A stretch of 64,000 nt of DNA. Origin: an uncultured Solirubrobacterales bacterium. Its GTDB lineage: Bacteria > Actinomycetota > Thermoleophilia > Solirubrobacterales > Solirubrobacteraceae. This document shows positions 46,565-55,978 of this stretch, one piece after another. The stretch's first letter is position 1; each line of letters begins with the position of its first letter. The notes beneath the pieces were generated by a model. The model saw only the letters and a program-made list of their open reading frames with translations, made no database searches and was not told the origin of the DNA. A program made the position numbers and the translations under genes. The stretch covers positions 64,913 to 128,912 of the forward strand of contig CAVTDO010000001.1 of the NCBI GenBank assembly GCA_963733555.1. Reading direction: 5' to 3'.

Positions 46565-47273
46565 TCAGACCCTCCTGAGCGGGAACACCGGCAGCAGACG
46601 ACCGCGGCCGAACGTCGAGTTGATCACCGCCGCAAACGACGCGTACCAAGCCGCGATCGCGGTCGCGATCCCGACGTAGCCACCGATCTTGATCGTGCGT
46701 TGATCGCGGCATGACCACCGGCCAGCGCCGAGTTGCCGATGCCCAGGAGGATGAACGTGATCGCCAGCAGCAGGAACACCAGCGCGACGGCCCCGGTTGT
46801 CCGCAGCGAGGCGAAGAACATGTAGGTGGTGAAGATCCCCCACATCCACAGGTACAGACCGAGCCCGCTGAACACCTCGGTCGGCGCGTTCTCGCCGCAC
46901 TGAATGCACGATGAAGTAGAACGAGATCCAGAAGGCGCCGTAGGAGCAGAACGCCACCGCACCGAACGTGTTGCCGGTGCGGAACTCCCACATCCCGGCC
47001 AGCGAGCTGGGCGATGCCGCCGTAGGCGAGCGCCAGCCCCGCAACCATCGGCAACAGGCCGCCACCCGGCGCGGCGTGGCTGCCGACCAGCTTCGAATTG
47101 ATCAGGCTGAGCACGAACGTCGTACCGGCGAACCCGGCCAGGCCCAGCGGACCCGGATCGGCAGGGGTCCACCCCGCCATGGCGCCCCGCCCACCCGTGG
47201 GATCCGGCGCCGGGGCCACGTCCGCCTCCCGCGCACACACCACCGGCCCGGGACCAACTCGACCAGCTTCCAT
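46565..47273 (-). CDS. satP: Acetate uptake transporter, GPR1/FUN34/SatP(YaaH) family, frameshifted
   Basis: 'ADPGPLGLAGFAGTTFVLS', 'YGGIAQL.AGMWEF..GNTFGAVAFCSYG.FW', 'GGYVGIATA..AWY' across frames. Confidence 0.85.
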
Positions 47274-47369
47274 CTCATTCCTCCTGTCCGTATTGACGGA
47301 TCGGTCGCGGCAATCTGCTCCGCGGAGCGGGAGGTCGGCAAGGAGGATCGGCGGACGGCCCCCGGCGCG

Positions 47370-47400
47370 CGACGAGCGGTCGCTCACCGCCGACGAGCGG
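47370..47400. promoter_or_regulatory. Direct repeat, candidate LytTR binding site
   Basis: CGACGAGCGG at 47370-47379 and 47391-47400 (identical, 11-nt spacer, 21-bp period), about 100 bp upstream of satP. Confidence 0.55.
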
Positions 47401-47422
47401 CAGCCGCTCGCGGAACCGGCGC

Positions 47423-48301
47423 CTAGTTGCGCCGCTTGCGCTTGCGCTTGGGGGTCGTCGACCGGGTCGCCCGAGTCGTAGCGGGCACCGGGTCGGCGGG
47501 CTGACCGTTGGCCTGCCGTGACGGCTTGGCGCCGCTGGCCGCCGCGCTGGCGTGGCTCCGCTGGCGCTGCTCGCGCACTCGGCGTTCGCGGGCCAGGGCA
47601 CCGCCTCGCCGGTTCGCCAGGCCGGCGGATCGCCGTTCGGCCAGCGGCCGGCCAGCAGGTAGCCGACGGCGAGCAGCCAGAACACCTCGATCAGCAGGGC
47701 CGGCGCGCTGCCGATCAGCAACAGCGAGGCCGCGGCCGCGGCAATGCCCAGATAGCCGAGGAACTGCGTGAGCAGCCCGACGCGCATCGCGTTCAGCGCC
47801 ACGAGCACGAACCCGACCGCCAGCAGCAGCGACCCGAGCAGACCTGCGTACTGGAGGATGGCCACCGCCGCCGAGCTCAGCAGCGTGTTGGCCTGGGGAT
47901 AGGTCTGGGTTCCGTGGGTGGCGAACTCGTGGGCTTGCTCGGTGATCAGGATCGCGTAGGCGAGACCGCCGAGGGCGGCCAGGACGGCGCCGACGACGGC
48001 CGTGATCAGAATTCCCTGCGAGGTCTCGGGTCGCCGGGCCTTCACGGCCCGGAAGAGGAAGGCGAGCGTCAAAGCCAGGCCGAGCAGCCCGAGGGCATTG
48101 ACCAGCGCGCCGACGATCTCCAGCGCCGCCGCGCCTGTCTGGTGACCAGCAGCTGAACGGTCAGCTCGCTGACCTTGGGCTGGGGTCCCGCGGCCTGGAC
48201 GACCGCGCCGGCCGAACAGCAGCAGTCCGGCCGGCCGCCGAGAAGAGACCGACGCGCGGGCGTTGCCGCAGTTCGGTGGACACGTGATCGACCCTGGGCA
48301 T
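47423..48301 (-). CDS. Hypothetical membrane protein with basic C-terminal tail (PKRKRKRRN), frameshifted
   Basis: About 5 hydrophobic segments in the 47275..48312 frame; ends lie in other frames. Confidence 0.55.
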
Positions 48302-48345
48302 GGGGCGGCCAATGGTAGACGCCAGGTACGGTCCGGCCGGTGCCG

Positions 48346-49311
48346 GTGAGTCCAGCCGCCACCGAGCGTCAGCGCGCCCGCTAGTGCCCGGCCTGCGGAG
48401 GCGAGCTTGCCCGCTGGCGCTCGGTTGGTTCGCTCCGATCCTGGGCTGGTGGGGCAGCGCTTCGAGCTCCTGCGCTGCCGGCGCTGCGGAACCGGCGGTC
48501 ACTGTGGGCCGGGCACCTGAGGCCTCCACGAGGCCGGCGCCTACCGGCCGGGCACCCCGCGGCTCTATACGCCGGCGCGCCCCGGTGCTCTCCCTGTTCG
48601 ACCGCCAGCGCCTGACTCTGGTTCGGGCGCTTGGTGCCGCCGCCGGCGCGGCTCCTCGACGCCGGCGCCGGACGGGGACGGTTCGTGATCGCCGCCAAGC
48701 AGGCCGGGTATGAAGCCGTCGGGATCGAGCCGTCGCAGCGCGGCGCTCAGGCGGCGGCGGCAACCGGTGCCCGGGTGACAGCGCGCGTCCATCGAAGAGG
48801 CGCGCGTCGAGCCCGGCTCGCTCGACGTGGTGACGCTCTGGCACGTGCTTGAGCATCTCGACGACCCCGTCGCGGCGCTCGCCACGATCGGATCGTGGCT
48901 CCGGCCCCAGGGCGGCCTCCTGGTCGGCGTCCCCAATCTGGCCAGCCTCCAGGCGCGGCTCGGCGGCGATCGCTGGTTTCACCTCGACGTCCCCCGCCAC
49001 CGCCTCCACTTCACCGCGCCCGGCTTGCGGGCTCTGCTCGGCCGCCAGGGCTTCACCGTCCTCGGCGTCCGCCACCTGCTGCTGGAGCACAACCCGTTCG
49101 GGATGTGGCAGACATGGCTGGACCGCGCTCACCACCCACCCGTCCTACGTCTACAACCTGCTCAAGCGCAACGCGCCACTGCGCTCGCCCGACCTGGCCA
49201 TCGCTGCTGGCATGCCTTCCCGCTGGCCCCGGTGGCGGCCTGGCCGAGCTGGCGGCGGGGGTGGCCGGCCGGGGCGGCACCGTCGCCGTTCTGGCCCGGC
49301 GGGACGGGTGA
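48346..49311 (+). CDS. Class I SAM-dependent methyltransferase with N-terminal Cys4 ribbon, frameshifted; start uncertain
   Basis: CPACGG...RCRRCG; 'LLDAGAGRGRF...GYEAVGIEPS'; 'DVVTLWHVLEHLDDP..AL......LRPQGGLLVGVPN'. Confidence 0.75.
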
Positions 49312-49334
49312 CGCCACGGGCTACCATCTCGTCC

Positions 49335-49606
49335 ATGGAAGGAAGTGGCTTCGCAAACTCTTCGGCGACCCGGACGACCTTCAGCGCAGACTCGGCGAGT
49401 TCGCCGAGCAGATGCAGGGAGCCCAGCGCCTGGCCTGGGCCGACAACGCGATCAAGCTGGCCGTCGACCTGACGGTGGCGGCGATGAACCGCATCAACAT
49501 TCAGGGCACGACCGAGCAGCAGTCAGAGCAGCTGCGGGCCGTGATGGCGCTCGTGTTCCCTGAGGCCGTGACGCTGGTTCGCGAGGCCCGCGAGGGCCTC
49601 CAGTAG
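49335..49606 (+). CDS. Small helical hypothetical protein, probable frameshift near 49355
   Basis: MEGSGFAN joins LFGDPDDLQRRLGEFAEQMQ...REGLQ if one base is restored. Confidence 0.5.
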
Positions 49607-49611
49607 CGGCT

Positions 49612-50064
49612 CTAGCGCTCCTCGGGTGAAACCTCGCCGACGGCCTCGTGGAGGCCGCGGGAGAGCGCGATTTCGACGGCGGCGATGGACAGGTAGGCCC
49701 AGGTCGATAGCAGCGCGCCGAGAAACCAGGCGCTCGAGCCGCCGATCCCCCAGCCCAGGAGAGCGGCGATGCCGACCCCCGCGCTCGTTGACACGACCGC
49801 GAACGCGGTGGCCAAGGCGACGACGACCGGAGGCTCGCGGTCGACCCGGCGCCGGAATCCGCGTGTCACCAGCGCGCTGACCACGGCGAAGGCGAGGCCA
49901 TTGGCCAGCACAAAGAGGAAGATTCGCGGGACGCTGTCCGGTGCATCGGTCCGCTCCAGGACCGCGAACGACGCCGTGGCCGTGATCGAGTAGCCGTAGG
50001 CCAAGCCGTTGTTGCGCGTGGCCATGCCCAGGCCACGCACGTAGTGATCACCAAAGCGGCGCAT
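49612..50064 (-). CDS. Hypothetical membrane protein
   Basis: 150 aa with about 4 hydrophobic segments; 'RNNGLAYGYSIT' motif. Confidence 0.7.
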   Translation of the reverse strand: MRRFGDHYVRGLGMATRNNGLAYGYSITATASFAVLERTDAPDSVPRIFLFVLANGLAFAVVSALVTRGFRRRVDREPPVVVALATAFAVVSTSAGVGIAALLGWGIGGSSAWFLGALLSTWAYLSIAAVEIALSRGLHEAVGEVSPEER

Positions 50065-50131
50065 CGCCCTGCGCTACCCACCCCCGACCTCCGGTACGCA
50101 AAGCACCGGATTTCAGTGTGACTGATCTAAC

Positions 50132-50590
50132 TCAGCCCTGCAGCGCCCCGAGCACGAGATCGTCGTGCTCGGCCGGCTTGACGTTGCGCAGAACCTCCTG
50201 GATGACGCCGTCGGCGCCGATCACGAACGTCGTCCGCTCGTTGCCCATGTACGTGCGCCCGTACATCGACTTCTCGACCCAGACGCCGTAGCCCTCAGCC
50301 ACCGAGTGATCCTCATCGGCCAGCAGCGTGAAGCCGAGGTCGAACTTGTCGTCGAACTTGGCCACATTCTTGACCGGGTCGGGCGAGATGCCGAGAACGA
50401 CAGCTCCGGCGGCGTCGTAGTGGGCACGGCGGTCTCGAATTCCGCACGCCTGGATGGTGCACCCCGGGGTATCCGCCTTGGGGTAGAAGTAGACGACGAC
50501 CTTCTGGCCCTGCAGACCGGACAGGCTGACCGGGTCGCCGTGCTGGTCGGGGAGCGTGAAGTCAGGTGCCGTGTCGCCGGTTTCGAGCAT
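50132..50590 (-). CDS. bcp: Thioredoxin-dependent thiol peroxidase (Bcp/PrxQ)
   Basis: 'VVYFYPKADTPGCTIQAC', 'GISPD', 'ERTTFVI'; leaderless TAGGAT-N6-ATG. Confidence 0.95.
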   Translation of the reverse strand: MLETGDTAPDFTLPDQHGDPVSLSGLQGQKVVVYFYPKADTPGCTIQACGIRDRRAHYDAAGAVVLGISPDPVKNVAKFDDKFDLGFTLLADEDHSVAEGYGVWVEKSMYGRTYMGNERTTFVIGADGVIQEVLRNVKPAEHDDLVLGALQG

Positions 50591-50604
50591 GGCTCGATCC
50601 TACG

Positions 50605-51534
50605 TCAGAACTCCCGCAGGCCCCCGCCCAGCCCCAGGAGCAGCCCATCGGCGCCCACCGCGGGGCTCGTGGTCACGAACAGCACCACGCCTGGCTCAGG
50701 CGCGGTGATCACCTCGAGCTCATCGCCGAAGGGGTCGAGGATGGCGCCGAGTCGCTCCCCGGCCTTCACCTCGGCGCCCGTCTGCGTCTCGGCCTGCCAC
50801 CAGCCCGCGGTCCGCGAGCGCGGCCAGATGAAGCGCTCGACCAGCCTCTGGGCGGGCGGCGGGGGCGACGGTTCGCCGGGAAGCATCCCCACTGTGCGCA
50901 ATGCGTTGGTGACTCCGCGGAGCTGGCGGTCGACCTCGGCCGGCTCGAGCAGGCCGCAGCCCCCGGCCTCCGCCATCACGCCCGGGATCCCGGCCGCCGC
51001 GGCGGCGGAGGTCGACATCCCACCGAGGTGATCGGTCCGGTCGCAGACGACATAGCCAAAGCCGAAGGCCCGGGCCAGTTGCTGGGAGCGCTCGGCCTGG
51101 GGCGAGTCGTCATATATGGCGAAGGGCTCGAGCGCCTCCACCATGTCCCCGCCATGCAGGTCGATGAGCAGATCGCTGCCGGCGACGAACTGGCTGAACA
51201 CGTGGTGGGCCAGGACCTGGGTGAAGGAACCATCGGGGTCACCCGGGAAGCTCCGGTTCAGGTTCCGGCCGTCCTCGGGCACCACGAAGGGCGAGCGGGC
51301 CGCAAACGAGGTCGGTGAGACGAGCGGCACGGCGAGGATCGAGCCGCGCAGGGACTCGGTGTCCAACTCCCGCATGAACCGCCGCACGGCGGCGATGGCG
51401 GGGTACTCGCCTCCGTGCACTCCGGCCATCAGACAGAGCCGAGGGCCGTCCTCTGCCCCCTGGGCCTCGAAGACGGGCCACTCGAGGCCGCTCAGCGCAG
51501 GAGCCGAAGAGGTGACGATGCGCCGGCTGACCAT
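50605..51534 (-). CDS. Succinylglutamate desuccinylase/aspartoacylase (M14) family protein
   Basis: 'AGVHGGE', 'NLNRSFPG', 'LIDLHGG', 'EAGG', plus a C-terminal biotinyl/lipoyl-like segment. Confidence 0.88.
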   Translation of the reverse strand: MVSRRIVTSSAPALSGLEWPVFEAQGAEDGPRLCLMAGVHGGEYPAIAAVRRFMRELDTESLRGSILAVPLVSPTSFAARSPFVVPEDGRNLNRSFPGDPDGSFTQVLAHHVFSQFVAGSDLLIDLHGGDMVEALEPFAIYDDSPQAERSQQLARAFGFGYVVCDRTDHLGGMSTSAAAAAGIPGVMAEAGGCGLLEPAEVDRQLRGVTNALRTVGMLPGEPSPPPPAQRLVERFIWPRSRTAGWWQAETQTGAEVKAGERLGAILDPFGDELEVITAPEPGVVLFVTTSPAVGADGLLLGLGGGLREF

Positions 51535-51662
51535 GTAGGCGAAGTCTGCCAAGCCGCCGTGGAGCACCGCGAGCCCGGAGTTGACCGGCCAGTGCTTCGG
51601 TGGGAAGATCGCGTCGACCGAGGGCGACCCCGCCGGTGCGGCGGGCAGAGGAGGAGGGGCCG

Positions 51663-52334
51663 ATGACGGACTGGCATATCGAGGGTGAGTGGTACAAGAA
51701 CTGTAATTGCGATCCGGGATGTCCGTGCGACTACAACCAGCGGCCGACGCACGGCAACTGCGAGGGCCTCGTGGCCATGCGGATCACCAAGGGCTACTTC
51801 GGAGCCACCGACCTGAAGGGCGTCAAGTGGGGCGGGATCGTCAGCTGGCCGGGCGCGCTGCACGAAGGCAACGGACAGGTGCAGCCGTTCGTGGACTCGG
51901 CGGCGAGCGATGCACAGCGCGACGCCATCTTTCAGATCGCCAGCGGCCAGCACGGCGACACATTCATGGAGGTGTTCTCGTTCATCTGTCCAACCGTGCA
52001 CGAGCCGCTCGTCGCCCCGGTTGACTTCGAGTTCGACATCGAGAGCCGCTCCGGGCGGATTCGCGTGGGCGAGTCTGTCGAGTCCGAGGTGGAGACACTG
52101 CGGGGGATCGACCCGCCCAATCCCTATCGGGTGCTCGTGCGCATCCCGGGCGGGATGGAGTACACCGGCCCCGATCATGAGGCCGAGACCGCACTGGCCA
52201 AGCGCATCTCCGTGCGCGGACCGATCGAGTTCGAGATCACCGACGGCCACAGCTCGATGGCCTACGTCCATCATGGCAGCGACCTCCAGACCGCCGAGTA
52301 TCACCCCACGGTGGTGGAAAAGGCGTTCGAGTAG
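51663..52334 (+). CDS. DUF1326 family protein
   Basis: 'W.IEGEWYKNCNCDPGCPC...PTHGNCEG', 'WPGALHEGNG'; strong SD GGAGGAGG. Confidence 0.88.
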   Translation: MTDWHIEGEWYKNCNCDPGCPCDYNQRPTHGNCEGLVAMRITKGYFGATDLKGVKWGGIVSWPGALHEGNGQVQPFVDSAASDAQRDAIFQIASGQHGDTFMEVFSFICPTVHEPLVAPVDFEFDIESRSGRIRVGESVESEVETLRGIDPPNPYRVLVRIPGGMEYTGPDHEAETALAKRISVRGPIEFEITDGHSSMAYVHHGSDLQTAEYHPTVVEKAFE

Positions 52335-52343
52335 GGGTCAGGA

Positions 52344-53261
52344 ATGGCTGACGGGATCATTGCCGGCGGCCGGCCGGATGTAGCGCGCCTGCGACGCTCG
52401 CCGGCGCTGTTACCCGCCGCCCTGGCTGCGGCGGCGATCGTGACCTGGGTGGTGACGATCGACCGCATGCGGGGGATGGACGCCGGTCCTGGGACCAATC
52501 TCGGCGGCTTCGGCTGGTTCGTCGGCGTGTGGGTGACGATGATGGCCGCGATGATGCTTCCCTCGGTGATGCCGATGACGCTGGTCTTCGCCCGGGTCAG
52601 CGCCGAGCGCCAGCGGCGGGGCCGGAGCTTCGTCCCGACCTGGGTGTTCGTGAGCGGTTACCTCGCCGCCTGGACCGCCTACGGTCTGCTGGCCTACGGG
52701 ATCTTCCGGACCATCCAGTCGGCCCACCTCCATGCGTTCTCATGGCACGCCCAGGGCCCGCTGATCGCCGGCGGTGCGATCGTGGCCGCCGGCCTCTACC
52801 AGCTCAGCCCGCTCAAGCGGGTCTGCCTGCGTCACTGCCGGTCGCCGATGCACTACGTCCTGGGCGGCTGGCGCCCAGGATGGCGGGGCGCCGTGCGCAT
52901 GGGACTCGAGCACGGAGCCTTCTGTGTCGGATGCTGCTGGGGGCTGATGCTGATCCTGTTCGCCCTAGGAATCATGAGCATCGTGTGGATGCTCGTGGTG
53001 GCGGGGCTGATCCTGGCCGAGAAGGCGCTGCCCTTCGGCGAGGGCCTCTCACGCGTGTTCGCCGTGGCGTTCGTGGCGGCCGGGATCTGGGTCGCCGCGG
53101 CGCCGTCCAGCGTCCCGGGCCTCACGCAGCCGGATAGCGCCCAGGCCATGAAGGCGATGACCTCGATGCGGGCCATGCCCGGCCCAACTCACATGGGCGC
53201 GCAGAAGAAGGCCGGCTCGATGGGGACGAAGAAGAAGGCGGACTCGATGAAGATGAAGTAG
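52344..53261 (+). CDS. DUF2182 family predicted metal-binding membrane protein
   Basis: 'W.TMMAAMMLPS', 'YQLSPLKRVCLRHCRSP', 'FCVGCCWGLM', 'AEK'; Met/Lys-rich tail. Confidence 0.9.
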   Translation: MADGIIAGGRPDVARLRRSPALLPAALAAAAIVTWVVTIDRMRGMDAGPGTNLGGFGWFVGVWVTMMAAMMLPSVMPMTLVFARVSAERQRRGRSFVPTWVFVSGYLAAWTAYGLLAYGIFRTIQSAHLHAFSWHAQGPLIAGGAIVAAGLYQLSPLKRVCLRHCRSPMHYVLGGWRPGWRGAVRMGLEHGAFCVGCCWGLMLILFALGIMSIVWMLVVAGLILAEKALPFGEGLSRVFAVAFVAAGIWVAAAPSSVPGLTQPDSAQAMKAMTSMRAMPGPTHMGAQKKAGSMGTKKKADSMKMK

Positions 53262-53268
53262 CGCCCGG

Positions 53269-54113
53269 CTACTTCAAGAGCCGGGACAGCCGCCGGTCCT
53301 TGAGCACCTTGCCCTCGGTCTGGCAGGTCGGGCAGTAACACATCACGTAGTCCTCGTAGAAGACGGCCTCGAGGCGATCACCGCAGCGTGGACAGGCCTC
53401 GCCCTGATGGCGGTGGACGGTCAGGGGTATCGGCAGCTTGTCCGGGATGGGCAGCGAGACCACCTGCTCGTAGTGGGTGATGGCGTCGCCGAGCCGACCC
53501 ACGATTGCCTCCCGCAGGCGCTCCGCCTCATCGCCCTCCAGATCGGAACCGCGCTTGAACGGCGAGAGCATCGCCGTGTGGAGGATCTCGTCGACCCAGG
53601 AGCGGCCGATGCCGGCGATCACGTCCTGGTCACGGAGCAGCGCGTAGAGCGGCCGCGGCTGATCGAGCAGCTCCACGAGAGGCGGCGGGTCCGGCCAGGC
53701 CTCGGGACCGAGTGCGAGCAGCGTCTCGTCGTCGTCGAGCGCGGGTGTGCGCAGCAGCTTGACCCACGCCCGTTGCCGGGTCCCGAACTCCCGCAGCCGG
53801 AGCTCCCGGCCGTCGGTCAGGCGTACGAGCAGGCGGGAAGTCCGATCCCGCAGCGAGGCGCGGGTGTCGAAGAGCTGGAGGCGGCCGGCCGACATCAGGT
53901 GCACCAGGAGCGAGAGCCCCCGTCGAGCTCGAGCACGAACAGCTTTCCGCGCCGGTGCACCCAGAGGAAGCGCTGACCCGTGAGATCCGAGAGAGGCGGA
54001 TCGAAACTCCGCAGGGCGTTGACGCCTGGAGCCAGCGCGGATTCCACCTCAGCGCCGCTCAGGGCAGCGTCCAGGCGACGCGCGGTGATCTCGACCTCAG
54101 GTAGCTCAGGCAT
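53269..54113 (-). CDS. Fpg/Nei family DNA glycosylase, frameshift in C5 run at about 53917-53921
   Basis: N-terminal MPELPEVE; 'RRGK'; 'HLMSAGRL'; H2TH 'AGIGRSWVDEIL'; zinc finger CPRC...CPTCQ. Confidence 0.88.
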
Positions 54114-54159
54114 CTCTCCACATTTCAGGTTAGCCCCGGCCGATACTCTCCGGCCTGAC

Positions 54160-55236
54160 ATGACTGTCACGCTCGCCCCCGACGACATCGTGCAGACCCA
54201 CAGCGAGGCGGCCGGGAACTCCCGGGAGCCGCTGCTGATCATCGAACCGCTGGCCGAGTTCCTGTCCGCCCATGGCCTCGAGGCGCCCGAAGGCCTGACG
54301 GGAGACCCGATCGGTGACGGGCACTCGAACGTCACCTTCATGCTCTCAACGGGCGTCGTGCTCCGCCGGCCGCCACGCGGGCCGCTGCCCCCGAGCGCCC
54401 ACGACGTACTCCGTGAGGCGCGCCTGCTGCGGGCGCTGGAGCCGACACCGGTGCGGGTCCCGCGCGTGCTTGCCGTGTGCGACGACACCGAGGTGATCGG
54501 CTCGCCCTTCTACATCATGGAGGAGATCACGGGTGAGGTCATCACCGACTCGCTCCCGACCGAGCTCGACAATCCCGAGCAGCGGGCGGCCATCGCGGAC
54601 CAGCTGATCGACGCCCTGGTTGAGCTCCATGCCGTCGACTGGCGCGCCGCCGGCCTCGAGGGCTTCGGCAAGCCGAGTGGCTACCTGGAGCGCCAGCTGC
54701 GCCGCTTCGGAGGTCTGTGGGAGCACAACAAGACGCGCGAGCTCTCGGAGGTCGAGACGATCGGTGCCTGGCTGAGCGAGAACCTGCCGGAGTCCCCACC
54801 CGCGACAGTCGTCCACGGCGACTACCGGCTCGGCAACACGATGTTCGCCGCCGGGGCGCCCGCGCAGCTCGTGGCCATCTTCGATTGGGAGATGGCCACT
54901 ATCGGTGATCCGCTGGCCGATCTCGGCTACATGGTCATGCAGTGGGCCCAGCCCGACGATCCGCCATCGAAGTTCAGCCTGCACACAGTGACGCGGCTGG
55001 AGGGCTTCCCCACGCGGGAGGAGCTGGTCAGCCGGTACGAGGCGCGCTCGGGCCGCTCGATGAGCGCGCTCAACTGGTACGTGACTCTCGCCCTGTGGAA
55101 GGCGGTCGTGTTCATGGAAGGTAACTACAAGCGCGCCCTCGCCGGTTCGACCGACGATCCTTACCTGAAGTCCTTCGGTGACGGGGTGATCGAGATCGCC
55201 CAGCGCGCCCTGCGGGTCTCCCAGCATGGCCTCTGA
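54160..55236 (+). CDS. Phosphotransferase family protein (APH; ACAD10/LvaA-like kinase domain)
   Basis: 'GHSNVT', 'VLRRPP.GPLPPSAHDV.RE', 'VVHGDYRLGN', 'IFDWEMATIGDPLADLG'. Confidence 0.9.
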   Translation: MTVTLAPDDIVQTHSEAAGNSREPLLIIEPLAEFLSAHGLEAPEGLTGDPIGDGHSNVTFMLSTGVVLRRPPRGPLPPSAHDVLREARLLRALEPTPVRVPRVLAVCDDTEVIGSPFYIMEEITGEVITDSLPTELDNPEQRAAIADQLIDALVELHAVDWRAAGLEGFGKPSGYLERQLRRFGGLWEHNKTRELSEVETIGAWLSENLPESPPATVVHGDYRLGNTMFAAGAPAQLVAIFDWEMATIGDPLADLGYMVMQWAQPDDPPSKFSLHTVTRLEGFPTREELVSRYEARSGRSMSALNWYVTLALWKAVVFMEGNYKRALAGSTDDPYLKSFGDGVIEIAQRALRVSQHGL

Positions 55237-55873
55237 TAACGGCCCCGTGCGGGCCGTGGCGGGGCGCCGCTACTCCGGCCTGCTCGTGGATTGGGGGGGC
55301 GTGATGACGAGCGACGTGTTCGACACCTTCCGCGCCTTCTGTGAGGCCGAGGGGCTTGAGCCGGACACATTGCGCCAGCGCTTCCGTGAGGACCCACGCT
55401 CCCGGGATCTCCTGATCGCGCTTGAGACCGGCGAGCTCGAGGAGGACGAGTTCGAGCCGCGGTTCGCCGAGGTCCTGGGAGTCGAGCCGCAAGGGCTGAT
55501 CGACCGGATCTTCGCCGGTGGCCGACCTGACGAGGAGATGCTGGTCGCGGTGCAACGCGCGCACGATCAGGGAGTGCGAACAGGACTGATCTCGAACTCC
55601 TGGGGCACCCGGCGCTACGACCGGGAGCTCCTCGGCCGCCTCTTCGACGGCGTGGTCATCTCAGGCGAGGTTGGGATCCGCAAGCCGAGCCCTGAGATCT
55701 ACACCCTCGGAGCCGAGCGCATCGGCCTCGCGCCTAGCCAGTGCGTGTTCGTCGACGACCTGCCGTTCAACCTGAAGCCCGCGGCCGAGCTGGGGATGGC
55801 CACCGTCCGTCACAGCGCGGCGGCCGAGACGATTGCCGAGCTCGAGCCGCTGCTGGGCGTCGAGCTGCGGTAG
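55226..55873 (+). CDS. HAD-superfamily hydrolase (ACAD10 N-terminal-like)
   Basis: 'LLVDWGGVMT', 'GLISNSW', 'SGEVGIRKP...IY', 'VFVDDL..NL..A'. Confidence 0.88.
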   Translation: MASDNGPVRAVAGRRYSGLLVDWGGVMTSDVFDTFRAFCEAEGLEPDTLRQRFREDPRSRDLLIALETGELEEDEFEPRFAEVLGVEPQGLIDRIFAGGRPDEEMLVAVQRAHDQGVRTGLISNSWGTRRYDRELLGRLFDGVVISGEVGIRKPSPEIYTLGAERIGLAPSQCVFVDDLPFNLKPAAELGMATVRHSAAAETIAELEPLLGVELR

Positions 55874-55978
55874 AAAACCGCTTCGGCCCGGAAAGGCCGT
55901 CCGGGGGCCTCGGTCTACAGGGCGTACACCGGGTGATCCGGCGCTCGGTCCGGGCTCAGACCGCGACCACTGGGCGGG

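Noticed and set aside
42500-49400. Pseudogene island / programmed frameshifting
   Set aside because: Indels hit all genes regardless of function, often compensate within short distances, and come without in-frame nonsense decay. An assembly artefact is more parsimonious, pending reads.
50132-50590. Additional Sec-containing redox proteins (Bcp, Ohr, DUF1326)
   Set aside because: All catalytic positions are ordinary Cys codons; no in-frame TGA.
51535-51662. ZTP or cobalamin riboswitch
   Set aside because: Fragments such as GGUGGGAA and GUGGAGCAC are present but not in consensus order. It is kept only as an unclassified structured leader.
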